A DNA stretch of 63,783 bases, the filler included, from Octopus bimaculoides (taxonomy: Eukaryota), in the NCBI RefSeq assembly GCF_001194135.2. It is 5 parts of 4 records of this genome, joined end to end, with 100 filler letters (N's around TTAATTAATTAA, not from the genome) between each part and the next. Parts side by side here need not be neighbours in the genome. Positions count along the whole stretch, not along the records: positions 1 to 28,783 come from NC_068984.1; positions 28,884 to 53,739 come from NC_068984.1; 3 more parts are not named here. One strand, 5' to 3'. The translations under genes were made by a program, and so were the position numbers. The notes below the pieces were generated by a model that saw nothing but the letters and a program-made list of their open reading frames with translations, was not told where the DNA came from and ran no database searches. Shown here in pieces: positions 25,491-37,942 of this stretch (position 1 is the stretch's first letter; every line of letters begins with the position of its first letter).

Positions 25491-25756
25491 TAAGTAAACT
25501 CATTTTCATCCTTCAGCTCCCTTCTCACTTTAATTTTTCCGTCATCACTCACATCCATTTCTGTTCCTCTTTTTCAGTTCCCATCTACCAAATTCACTCA
25601 TAAGGCTTTAGTTGTCCGATGTGTTGCACAGTGAGACTGAGCCCCAGATCATATGGTTGCGAAGCAAACTTCTTAACCATACAGCCATGACTGTGCCTAG
25701 TATGTATGTACAAATGCACGTGCGCGCGCACTCATACATATATACATACGTACTTA

Positions 25757-25853
<97 letters not shown>

Positions 25854-26070
25854 GGCCATAAACAGAAGGCCACTGGAAATGATATCTACTTTACTGTGCC
25901 TATAGCAACATTTCTTATCATGGCCTCTAGTTTCCACAATTCTTGCGACATCATGGCATGACTAAGTATTTAGCCATACAGTCAGGTGGGTAAGCTAGGC
26001 ACATCAGCTTTGGTTGGCAACAAGTTAAAGAGAAGGACACCTCTGACTCCAGATTTAGGAAAATGTGACT

Positions 26071-26228
26071 TGTCACGCTATGTCACGCTGAATATCCCCG
26101 AGAACTATGATAAGGGTACACGTGTCTGTGGAATGCTCAGCCACTTGCACGTTAATTTCACGAGCAGGCTGTTCCGTTGATCGGATCAACTGGAACCCTC
26201 GACGTCGTAAGCGACGGAGTGCCAACAC
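26071..26228 (+). mobile_element. Family-C SINE 3' fragment
   Basis: Near-identical to the 3' part of 40625-41008. Confidence 0.85.
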
Positions 26229-27864
26229 ACTTATGTTGAGCCAGTTCTTTTGTATGGATCACGGGAAGGGACACACATATATACACATATAAATATATGT
26301 AGGGATATATATAGATACAAAAACTAAATATCTTCAGGAGATAAACACATATGTAGAAGCATATAGATATTTATGTATATTAACAAATAAATTTACTTTT
26401 ACATAGAGTGTAAAAGATAAAGAAAACTAAGTGGAGAATGCATAGATTTTTAACTCAACAGCTGTTTCTGGGAGCTCAGAATTGCATAATAGTTGTAATG
26501 TTCACAATCAGTAAATGGAATGTGTCAATGTATCCATATACCTACTTCCTTCATCAGCAGGGGAATTTGGTAGATATGAGTTCTCATTATGTTGTGAGAG
26601 ATTTAACAGTTAAAGCACACATAAAGCTGTATATAATACCACATAACTACACACACACACACAAATATATGTATTATAACTAGACATATACATATTATGT
26701 GCATGCATGAATGTGTATAAATGTTGATATTCAACAGCTTGCCATTGCTGGTAAAATGAAAAAGTGTTGATGTTTATATTTCTTGTTGATATCACAGCTA
26801 GTCATTTAGCACTTTCAAGGACCTCTGAAATAAAAAAAAAAGTCCCTTAGCTCAAAAACAATTAAGGGTTAACTAACCACAAGAAGAGTATCCAGACGTA
26901 AATCATACTTCTCCTGTCTAACACATATTGCTGCAGAAAAACAATCATTAAATGGATAAACAAATGAATATGTATATAAACTATGACATATAAAGCAATT
27001 TGATATTCACAATAACTATTTAATGTTTAGAAAAAAATTAAACAATTACACTGAAGGCAACTTTTATGTATATTCTTTGCTCCACCCCACAACCTATATT
27101 CTGGTCATTGTATACTTTTTCACTGTACAAAGTATAAAACCAAGGACATTCATCTGCATTTAATAGTGTGTTGTTATGTAGATGTAATGATTGAAAATTT
27201 ATAGAAATGTGTCTTTCTATTATAGAGCATGCTTTCTATGGTAGGATGTCCTTCTAATGCCAACCACTTTACATAGTGTATTGGATACCAAGCACACTCT
27301 GTAAACTGGTTGGCATTAGGAAGGGCATCCAGCCGTAAAATTTATGCTAAGTCAGACTGGAGTCCGGTGCAACTTCCCACCTTGCCAGCTCTGGTCAAAC
27401 CATCCAACCATGCCAGCATGGACAACAGACGTTAAATGATGATGATGATGATGATGATGGTGAGTGAGGCTGCCATGTAACTCACAAGACTAAAAAGCCC
27501 TCTCATTTGAGGGAGAGTATACTAGAGAGAGAAGAAGGCAGAGTTACGCTAGGCATTGAGAAGTTAAAGCATAACACATGGTAATAAGTATGTGAGCAAT
27601 GTAGCCCATTGAGACTCTACAACATGGCATGCCTGTAGTGGAACATACTTATCCAAGTTACCATGAAGTGGAGCAGAACCTGAAATCATGTGGTTTGAAA
27701 GCAAATTTCTTAACCACACATCCATGCCTGTATCTTGAAATAAACTTCTTAAACACAAAGCAATGCCTATGATGAGTTATCAGCTGACATGGAGAAATTT
27801 GTAGTAATTTCTTTCATTCTTTCTCGAGCTCAAATAAGAAATCATGTGTTTGATTGAATACTCT

Positions 27865-28089
27865 TTTACTCTCTTATACTTGTTTCAGTCGTTTTGACTG
27901 CGGCCAGGCTGGAGCACTGCCTTTAGTCGAGCAAATCGACACCAGGACTTATTCTTTGTAAGCCTAGTACTTATTCTATCAGTCTCTTTTGCTGAACCGC
28001 TAAGTTACGTAAACGTAAACACACCAGAATCGGTTGTCAAGCGATGTTGGGGGACAAACACAGACACTCAAACATACACTTATACATAT

Positions 28090-28126
<37 letters not shown>

Positions 28127-28292
28127 CATATATACGACTGGCTTCTTTCAGTTTCCGTCTACCAAATCCACTCACAAGGCTTTGGTCAGCCCAAGGCTAT
28201 AGTAGAAGACACTTGCCCAAGATGCCACGCAGTGGGACTGAACCCGGAACCATGTGGTTGGTAAGCAAGCTACTTACCACACAGCCACTCCT
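27865..28292 (-). mobile_element. Full-length family-A SINE
   Basis: Complete head-CORE-like-microsatellite-tail arrangement; best reference copy in the window. Confidence 0.9.
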
Positions 28293-28695
28293 ACGCCTTT
28301 TCTTCCTTATTGAATTCCAGGTCACAAATTTACAGAGGATGGAGTAAAGGAGTATAGCTAATTAAAACAATGCACAATGTATTATTGGAACTTATTTTAT
28401 CAACTCAAGATTGATTGAAAATGAAATTGACTCTGGTTGGTCTAACTTCTAAGAAGATATCTTAATGTCAAATGGTATTTTGTCAGTGTTTCATTAATTC
28501 TGGCTTTCCACCGTTTGTGTCTAATTAAAAGTTAATGTCAACACCACCACAAACATTACTGCAACCACCATCAAGTAAATGTAAAACCCTACAAGTTTAA
28601 ATTAAAGTTGTCAAGGGTTGAGTTACATCATCATCAGCATCATTTAATGCCTATCTCTTGTACTGGCATGAGTTGGACTGTTCAGCATAATCCTT

Positions 28696-28783
28696 GTGGT
28701 GGTGGCGGCAGTGGCGGCGGCAGAGGTGGTGGTGGTGGCGGCAGAGGTGGTGGTGGTGGCGGCAGAGGTGGTGGTGGTGGTGG
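28696..28783 (+). repeat. (GGT/GGC)-rich 21-bp tandem repeat
   Basis: GGTGGTGGTGGTGGCGGCAGA units running into a gap. Confidence 0.85.
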
Positions 28784-28827
28784 NNNNNNNNNNNNNNNNN
28801 NNNNNNNNNNNNNNNNNNNNNNNNNNN

Positions 28828-28839
28828 TTAATTAATTAA
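28828..28839. other. Assembly join linker N44-TTAATTAATTAA-N44 (also 53784-53795, 56951-56962, 62466-62477)
   Basis: Four identical 100-nt blocks with exactly 44 N on each side; the 12-mer has stop codons in all six frames. Confidence 0.95.
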
Positions 28840-29329
28840 NNNNNNNNNNNNNNNNNNNNNNNNNNNNNNNNNNNNNNNNNNNNATATATATATATATATA
28901 TATATATAGTGCAGATTACAAGAAAGAAAGCTTAAGTAGAAACCGCAACAAACTCAAGACTAAGATACATGCATTATTTAGTCACGTTGCTTTACGTTCT
29001 TATTCAAATCTTGCTGATCTCAACTTTTCCTCTAATCCCTCTGTGATCAATAGAATAAATACCAGTAATGTACTGCATTGATTCTTTTGTTTATAACGAA
29101 CTTTCTATGCAAATTAGTATTGTATCAAGACAAAATAAATATGTGTATCTAACGTAGAAGATTTTTATAGTTTCTGTTACAATCATAGGACACAAACTAC
29201 TTAATTCTGTTTCATGAAGTTTCAAATTTGGACCATGAGCCATTTCCGTTAGATAGAATTTTATTTTTTCTTCAGTTTCATTCTGATTGTAAACAGATAT
29301 TTGCAATAACATCCGTTTACAATTGTTTC

Positions 29330-31005
29330 AAACTCTGGCTCAAAGCCAGCAATTTCGAGAGGAGTGACAAGTCAATTACTTCGACCAAGTACTTGAATGG
29401 TACTTATTTTATCGACCTCGAAAGGATGAAAGACAGAATTTGAACTCAGAACGTAAAGAGCAGGAAAAAATGCTGGTAAGTATTTTGTCCAATGCGCTAA
29501 CGATTCTGCCAGTTCGCTGCCTTAATAATAATATTGGTTTCAAATTTTGGCACAAGGCCAGAAATTTGGAGGAAGGGGTAAGTCGATCGCATCAACCCCA
29601 GTTTTCAAATGGTATTTATTTTATCGACTCCGAAAGGATGAAAGACAAAGTCGACCTCGGCGGAATTTGAACTCGGAACGTAAAGACGGATGAAATGCTG
29701 CTAAGCATTTTGTCCGATGCCGTGACTATTCAGTCAGTTCGTTGCCGTCTGTAAATGAACAATCTGGTGTGTTTATTTTAATGGCCTATCGATGTATACA
29801 GGGCATCTCTTTGACCAAGGTGTCGGGAAGACACTCGGTAAGAAATGAAAACAAAATTGAGGAAGAGGAAAGACTAATAATAATATTAGTGAGCCTTTCC
29901 GCTATAAGCACAAGGCCTGAAATTTTTGGGGAAGGACGTAAGTCGATTACATTGGCGCCAGTGCGAAACTGGTGCTTATTTTATCGACTCCGAAACCATG
30001 AGTGTAAAAGCGTAAAAACAGACGAAATGTACTTTTTTATCGACCCCAGAACATAAAAGACTAAACTGACCCTGGCGGTATTTGAACTTAGAACATAAAG
30101 AAACCTGACTAAATAACGCAAGAAATAAAGGATATTTTACTGTATACAAAATCCTCTGTTTTAGGTCAAGGAGAAAATTAAAGACAAACGGTTCGTACCT
30201 TTTACAAGGAAATTACCAGCACATTGTAAATTAGATTCGACTGGAAATTGAGATGGGCACCGACTGGGACACTGTTCGCTAAGTTACCCGGGAAACCTGA
30301 TTAAATACCGACACATGGTGGGTGCAGCGACGCGCTGCAATGATGCATGCCCCTATACCTGACCTGAGCTAACAATTGAAATTTGCATTACTGCATTTGA
30401 CCATAAGGTCTATAATAATTGATTTCAAATTTTGGCACAAGACCAGCAATTTTTGGGGAGGGGTTAACCCGATTGCATCGATCCCAGTATTTTTATGGTA
30501 CTAATTTTATCAACCCTGAAAGGGAAAGGCAAAGTCGGCCTCGGCGGAATTTGAACTCAGAACATAAAGACGGACGAAATGCCGCTAAACATTTTTCCCG
30601 ACGTGCTAACGATTCTGCCAGCTCACCGCCTTAAGGTCTATAATAATTGTTTCTGATTTAGGCACTTGTGTAACAGTTTTGATGAAGTGGTGGTCAGTCG
30701 GTTCTATTGACCACAGTACTTTTGGATAATTTATTTTATAGACCCAAGAGTGATGAAAGGCAAAGTTAACTTCGGCGGGATTTGAATTCAGAACGAAGGA
30801 ATATTGGAAGGCATTTTCTCTAACCATCCTGCCAATCCGTCGTGTTTCATAAGCTCTTTAATAGTTTTTGATTTAGGCCCAAGGAAGAGAAGTGAGTAGT
30901 CGATACCATCGACCCTAGTACTTGACCGGTACTTTATTTTATGGACTCCAGATGGATAAAAGACAAGGTTGACCACAGGAAGATTTGAACTCAAAACGTA
31001 AAGAA
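29330..31005 (-). mobile_element. Co-oriented array of about six family-B SINE copies (a seventh at about 32215-32307)
   Basis: Repeated TTTTGGCACAAG.CC ... TTTTATCGAC.CC.AAAG.ATGAAAG.CAAAGTCGACCTCGGCGG.ATTTGAACTC near 29330, 29525, 29895, 30413, 30640, 30855. Confidence 0.85.
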
Positions 31006-34000
31006 CCAAAAGGATAAGATCTATAATAATATAAACTCCTCTGATACTTTGAATAGCAGTATTAATGATCTGAGAAATTATCATGGTAATTATTTTAAAG
31101 CCGTCTATGTCGTTTGATTGGTATTTATTTAGTAGTAGGACGGAAAACGGAGAAGAGTTCATTAGGGAAAGAAACAGGGCAAGAAAAAAAATTAAACAAT
31201 ATGCCAAAGTAGTGGCGACTGTTACAAAAAAATACTGCTACAGAATCTCCTATATTAAAACTTACCAAATGATTCCGAAATATCACAAATGCAACAAAAT
31301 TGTGCAAGACAAAAAAATATTTTAAAAAATCAAGAATTACATAGCTAATACAAGATGAATCGTTAGGATTGTGACTGACGCTTTTCGTTGATAAAAAAAT
31401 TAGAAGACTGAAATGTTAATTTTTCAAATAGTTAAAGTAAAGAGATATACCAGAATATAAAAAGTTGATACTGCATCGAAATAAAATGTACTTTCGTTTA
31501 TAATAAAATTCTCGATTAACTGACTCTGTTTTGTGGAAAACTGCATGTAGTTTAGTTGATGTATATATAATACGTGTCTATGTTAGTGTTTCTCATTCAC
31601 GTTTGCAATTACCAGATGTTTTTTTCTCTCGAAAGGAAAGCATTTTTATGGAAGAATTATATTACAGTGCTTCATAAGGCAATGATGATAACTGCTAACT
31701 TTTTCATGTGTCACAGACTGCTCATAAAACAAATGATTTATCCCAGTCTCTATGTACTGTTACAAGAAGCTCATAAAACCTTATTTACATTATATTATGT
31801 TCTGTTAAGTGAGAGAGAAAGAGATGGTTAGATCCGGATAAAATATTAGTGCATCATCGTTAATAAAACTAGAAGTTCTGATACTTGCTCATTTCCAGCA
31901 GCTGAATATTTTGCATATGCACGTAAAATTAAATGTGTGAGCTGACATCAATTTGAACTCGTGGATCACGAACTCGCTATCCAATAGTTTATCAACTCTG
32001 CTATCTCTATTTGATAACTGTTATGTGTACATTGCCTTCTAGTTTATTTATTTAGCAGCAACCGATATCTATATTTCTGTTGTAATTCTTCTCGCTGTGT
32101 AGTTCTTCCTATAGATATGGGAAACAGTTTTACGTTTTTTAATTTTTTTTTTTTTTTGATAAGATGTAAAAATATGCATATATTTGTTTATTTATTGCCC
32201 ATAGAAGGCTAAGCATAGAGCAGACAAACAAAGGGATGAAGTCGATTACATCGACCCCAGTGCGTAACTGGCACTTTTTTAATCGACCCCGAAAGGATGA
32301 AAGGCAANNNNNNNNNNNNNNNNNNNNNNNNNNNNNNNNNNNNNNNNNNNNNNNNNNNNNNNNNNNNNNNNNNNNNNNNNNNNNNNNNNNNNNNNNNNNN
32401 NNNNNNNNNNNNNNNNNNNNNNNNNNNNNNNNNNNNNNNNNNNNNNNNNNNNNNNNNNNNNNNNNNNNNNNNNNNNNNNNNNNNNNNNNNNNNNNNNNNN
32501 NNNNNNNNNNNNNNNNNNNNNNNNNNNNNNNNNNNNNNNNNNNNNNNNNNNNNNNNNNNNNNNNNNNNNNNNNNNNNNNNNNNNNNNNNNNNNNNNNNNN
32601 NNNNNNNNNNNNNNNNNNNNNNNNNNNNNNNNNNNNNNNNNNNNNNNNNNNNNNNNNNNNNNNNNNNNNNNNNNNNNNNNNNNNNNNNNNNNNNNNNNNN
32701 NNNNNNNNNNNNNNNNNNNNNNNNNNNNNNNNNNNNNNNNNNNNNNNNNNNNNNNNNNNNNNNNNNNNNNNNNNNNNNNNNNNNNNNNNNNNNNNNNNNN
32801 NNNNNNNNNNNNNNNNNNNNNNNNNNNNNNNNNNNNNNNNNNNNNNNNNNNNNNNNNNNNNNNNNNNNNNNNNNNNNNNNNNNNNNNNNNNNNNNNNNNN
32901 NNNNNNNNNNNNNNNNNNNNNNNNNNNNNNNNNNNNNNNNNNNNNNNNNNNNNNNNNNNNNNNNNNNNNNNNNNNNNNNNNNNNNNNNNNNNNNNNNNNN
33001 NNNNNNNNNNNNNNNNNNNNNNNNNNNNNNNNNNNNNNNNNNNNNNNNNNNNNNNNNNNNNNNNNNNNNNNNNNNNNNNNNNNNNNNNNNTATATATATA
33101 TATATATATATGTTGTTCCGATACTAACTCTAACGCTCTAGGTTATTATTAATCGCGGAATTAGACCGATATCTACGCATGAACATATCAATATTAAATG
33201 ATAGATGTTAATTATACAATACCCAGCAATTATGGGATATTAATTGATTACATTGTTTCTGAATGTCAAAGCTCCGATAAACCCACTACATTAGTTGTCA
33301 TAAAAGCGATGTTGATTTTCTATTCCGTGAATACAACTATTGTTATAAAATTGATCCAGACATAACATCATAAATAGTGATGAGGAGATGACTAAGCAAT
33401 CATACTTTGGATGCGAGGCCTTTATATGAAAATTTAAAAAAGACAAATCGTCGCTTTTATTGTCAAAGTCTGTTCAAGCGAGACAAGTGGAACTAAAAGT
33501 AGAAAAGCGTTAAAGGAACGGAGACAATAATGATTTCTTACTCCGACACGGGCCACTTATTTGTAAGAGAAGAGTTCATTCAATGAAACTGAGAGCAAAA
33601 CTGATAGCAAAACTGATTCTTATTTTATCGAAATCAAGAGGATGGAATGAAAAGTGGTCTCTGGTGGGATGTCAGTTCCAAATGTTGAGTGGTGAAACTA
33701 GATACTGCTAAGAATTTAAATAGTGAAGTAAGTGCTGACATACTTAATGTTAGTAAGCACAGTTATATTAATTAATGGAGGCTATCATCGTACCAGCAGA
33801 GGCAAACAGTTTTTGAAAAATATTTAACAAAACTAAACAAAGGCGAGGTCATCAATTCAAAATAATTTTTGAACGAGTTTCAGTGAATTAAAACTGTAAT
33901 ATTAATGATCAAACTATTCTTCTATCCTTCGATTAAATACTACAATGCAGCGGGGGAAGGATCTTTTAACCTTTAGCAGGCACGGTAATAACTCTAGACC

Positions 34001-34689
34001 TTTTGGAATCTTATTGACCTCTTCAGCAAAGCACAGTCATTCTTTGTCTGTTAGGTCACTGGAGGTGGAAGAATATATATAAGAACTAGTGCGGTATCCA
34101 TCAAATATCGGATAAGGTTCGGAGTCACTCTAAGTATGTAATTTTATATAAGTAGAATAATTATAATTTACTTCATTCTCATTTTATAATGAAATGAAAA
34201 ATACAAAATATTTTTAAAATGAAACTAAAATCAAATATAACAAATCTCTATTTAGTATATTTGCAATAAATATGTTATCAATAACAAATATACTGTTTAA
34301 CTATCAATTAATCACCTATGACCAAAAGAATATTCCACAGCATTACTTGGTAACACTCTAATTTGTTTGTAATAACCAAGGGGGATAAATCCAATAAGTT
34401 CAGACTAATCATCCTCTGAAGAACAGGCAAACAGAGATGAAGACACACTGTCAATTATATGTTATGCACCTAACCTAATATTCACTAATATTGACTTATA
34501 AATTTCGTTCAAGCTCACAAATTTCTGTTGAAAGAATGTAGGTAGTCTGCTGAAAGAATGTAGTTAAATCGATCCATGTACATCATTGTACTATTTTATT
34601 ATAAAATATTATAAAACAATTATACATCACTCGAATCGAAAAAACACGACCTCCAAAAAAAGCATGATGACCATCATTAACAGTCAAAG

Positions 34690-35500
34690 AGTAGCTGAGG
34701 AGAGTTGGGCCATTGAGAAAATAAAACTCAATCCCAAAATGTTCTTTTCATTTGCGAAAAAAAAAGAGAAACATAAAGACGCTTGTTTCCACTGTTGGTC
34801 CTCTGATTGACGAGAACAACACTCTACATGATGATGCAAAATCCATGTGCGAGATACTGCAGAGGCAATACTGCTTTGTCTTCAGTAACGCTAATTCGGC
34901 TGATCTGGCTAGCATCAGTCATGTAAACCCTCAACTAACCATAACTTTTNNNNNNNNNNNNNNNNNNNNNNNNNNNNNNNNNNNNNNNNNNNNNNNNNNN
35001 NNNNNNNNNNNNNNNNNNNNNNNNNNNNNNNNNNNNNNNNNNNNNNNNNNNNNNNNNNNNNNNNNNNNNNNNNNNNNNNNNNNNNNNNNNNNNNNNNNNN
35101 NNNNNNNNNNNNNNNNNNNNNNNNNNNNNNNNNNNNNNNNNNNNNNNNNNNNNNNNNNNNNNNNNNNNNNNNNNNNNNNNNNNNNNNNNNNNNNNNNNNN
35201 NNNNNNNNNNNNNNNNNNNNNNNNNNNNNNNNNNNNCACTTCTTCGAAGACAGCAGTCTGCTGAACCCCAACCAACATAGTTTCCGTCATAGCATGGACT
35301 GCCTGTCGTAGCTTCTGCGCCATTTTGGTGACGTCTTAAAAGCGTTGGGAGAGGGCTCCAACACTAACGTCATATATCTTGATTTCAGCAAGATATTTGA
35401 CAGAGTGAACCACAAAATCCTACTGAAGAAACTGTCCCACATTGGAGTCCGTGGAAAGCTGCTGCAGTGGATAAAGTGTTTCCTCACGAACAGAACCCAA
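34690..35500 (+). mobile_element. CR1-like LINE ORF2 remnant (spans a gap)
   Basis: AIEKIKLNPKMFFSF, VGPLIDE..MCEILQRQY..VFS, VIYLDFSKIFDRVNHKILLKKLSHIGVRGKLLQWIKCFLTNRTQ. Confidence 0.9.
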
Positions 35501-36079
35501 CATTATTTACATTATTTACTTTTGACGGATATTTGTCCTCATCTTGTTTGTTTTCCAAAGTCGAGCGGCGTGTTTCAACTTTACCTTCTTATCTTCTAGT
35601 GTATAATTCGTTTGTAGAGAGCTCTCCAAGAAAGGATACCTCGCTTTTGTTACTGTTGCTGCTAATGGCTTTTAAACTGCCCATGTTATTGCTTTCGCCG
35701 TTACTGTTGTTACTGCTGATACTGCTGCTGTGGCTTTCGTCGGTGTTACTGCCATTATTATTAATTCTTGGAGTAGTTCTGCTGCTACAGTTTGTTTATA
35801 TCTTAGAGCAAACAGAAGAGTCTGGTCTGGACAATGAAATACTGATGCAAATCATAGGTAGTCATGAAATAGCTAACTTTATAAAAGTTGGCAAATTTAC
35901 TTCGATTTTCGTCTGCGAATGAAGCGAAGTCCTACAAGAAAAAATATTTTACTCAACACTAATGAGAAACCAGTAACTAGTTGGATTTCCGAATTAGTGA
36001 CCTTGGATAGATTTGAAGTAATGTGCTTGGAAATCCGATTAGGAACTTTTTTTTAATTCCAAATATTTAAAGATGCGAG

Positions 36080-36260
36080 ATTATGTCAAAATTACAACGT
36101 GAGATCACGAAATGACTTTCAGAATATGATTTGTAAAGATATTCAGCCTTCTTTTGCTTCACCGTCGACTGGTAGAAAACTTGATACGATGAAGCAGTTT
36201 GGCAGATGTGGAAAAAATAAAAAGATAACTTGCACGAAAGATCGACGCTTCGTTCTCTGT
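36080..36260 (+). mobile_element. Possible Tc1 transposase HTH remnant
   Basis: KQFGRCGKNKKITCTKDRRF resembles the GR.RKTT...DR.I motif; weak. Confidence 0.3.
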
Positions 36261-37429
36261 TACCAATGATGATATGTGTCTACCATCATACTGAATTCTA
36301 ATTGGCTGTTTATAAATATGCACCTCTGACAAATTTGCACCTCTTATTAGTGCAATTGTGGTTTCTGCTCAAAACGCTGAACTTCTCTTCTTCTTTCTTA
36401 TTCCACTTATAAAGGATTTGCATTACTTTTTATTAATGTAGAACATCACTAGTCTCGTCAGATTTTATAATGTAATGAATAAATATTTTCTTAAGAACAG
36501 AAAATGNNNNNNNNNNNNNNNNNNNNNNNNNNNNNNNNNNNNNNNNNNNNNNNNNNNNNNNNNNNNNNNNNNNNNNNNNNNNNNNNNNNNNNNNNNNNNN
36601 NNNNNNNNNNNNNNNNNNNNNNNNNNNNNNNNNNNNNNNNNNNNNNNNNNNNNNNNNNNNNNNNNNNNNNNNNNNNNNNNNNNNNNNNNNNNNNNNNNNN
36701 NNNNNNNNNNNNNNNNNNNNNNNNNNNNNNNNNNNNNNNNNNNNNNNNNNNNNNNNNNNNNNNNNNNNNNNNNNNNNNNNNNNNNNNNNNNNNNNNNNNN
36801 NNNNNNNNNNNNNNNNNNNNNNNNNNNNNNNNNNNNNNNNNNNNNNNNNNNNNNNNNNNNNNNNNNNNNNNNNNNNNNNNNNNNNNNNNNNNNNNNNNNN
36901 NNNNNNNNNNNNNNNNNNNNNNNNNNNNNNNNNNNNNNNNNNNNNNNNNNNNNNNNNNNNNNNNNNNNNNNNNNNNNNNNNNNNNNNNNNNNNNNNNNNN
37001 NNNNNNNNNNNNNNNNNNNNNNNNNNNNNNNNNNNNNNNNNNNNNNNNNNNNNNNNNNNNNNNNNNNNNNNNNNNNNNNNNNNNNNNNNNNNNNNNNNNN
37101 NNNNNNNNNNNNNNNNNNNNNNNNNNNNNNNNNNNNNNNNNNNNNNNNNNNNNNNNNNNNNNNNNNNNNNNNNNNNNNNNNNNNNNNNNNNNNNNNNNNN
37201 NNNNNNNNNNNNNNNNNNNNNNNNNNNNNNNCATACACGTCATGCTTCTTTCAGTTTATCAAATCCACTCACAAAGCTTTGTTTGGCCCGAGACTATAGT
37301 AGAAAACACTCGCACAAGGTACCACGGGCTGGTATCTGTAGGGAGTGGTTGGGGTAGAGTGGGTGTGAGTGGGAACTGGGTGTGAGTGGGAGCTGGGTGA
37401 GTGTGGAATGGGAGTCGTCCTTTACAGCG

Positions 37430-37942
37430 TATGCCTTATTTTCTTCTCTTTTTCCCAGCTGTTCCCCATTCATTGTCCATCTCTTCTTCGACATTGGTAC
37501 TGGTTTTCATCTGCGGTGCCGCTTCACACTCCTTTTCTTCAACCTCCACGGGTAGTGGAGCACCAGCCACTTTTTCATTCTCTTGTCTCTCCTTAGCCTT
37601 CACAGGTGGTGAAGGACAATCCGCTCTAATGTGGCCTTTTAGGTCACATTTATAGCATCACAGAATCCTCCCTTCCACTCTGACTTTCAGTATTGCGTCT
37701 TCGACTGTGATTGTCACTACCATATTTTTGATATCTTCCACTGCAACTTGTACCACCATATCGAAGCTTTGTCCTTGCCAGTTCCTGTGGGGTGCTCTGG
37801 TGGCCTGGAGGATCATTACCTTCTCCTCTATGCCTAGCAGTATGGCAGCTACCTGTCAGGCTACATCCACTTCTGGGAGTATGTTTTCAACCCTAATTCT
37901 GGAAGCACGTCTCCCAAGGTATATGGGTAGAAAAACCACTTC
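37430..37942 (-). mobile_element. Gag/ORF1-like remnant with CCHC zinc knuckle
   Basis: Minus frame EVVFLPIYLGRRASRIRVENILPEVDVA*QVAAILL...VRVEGRIL*CYKCDLKGHIRADC...KKRRK*; CX2CX4HX4C at 37657-37616; two TGA stops. Confidence 0.8.

Noticed and set aside
28784-28883. Repeated TTAATTAATTAA islands (also 53784, 56951, 62466) as a biological motif
   Set aside because: Always exactly N44-12mer-N44 = 100 nt with six-frame stops: an assembly linker. Adjacency across these joins is unreliable.
30323-30339. Hairpin TGCAGCG-ACG-CGCTGCA
   Set aside because: A single 7-bp stem is expected by chance in 64 kb; no supporting context.
32236-33141. Long ORFs containing X runs (this one and about 30 others)
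   Set aside because: They are open only because they cross N gaps.
35467-35922. Leu-rich membrane-like 151-aa ORF
   Set aside because: Starts inside a CR1 remnant in another frame; the hydrophobic part comes from degenerate (CTG/TTA) triplet repeats.
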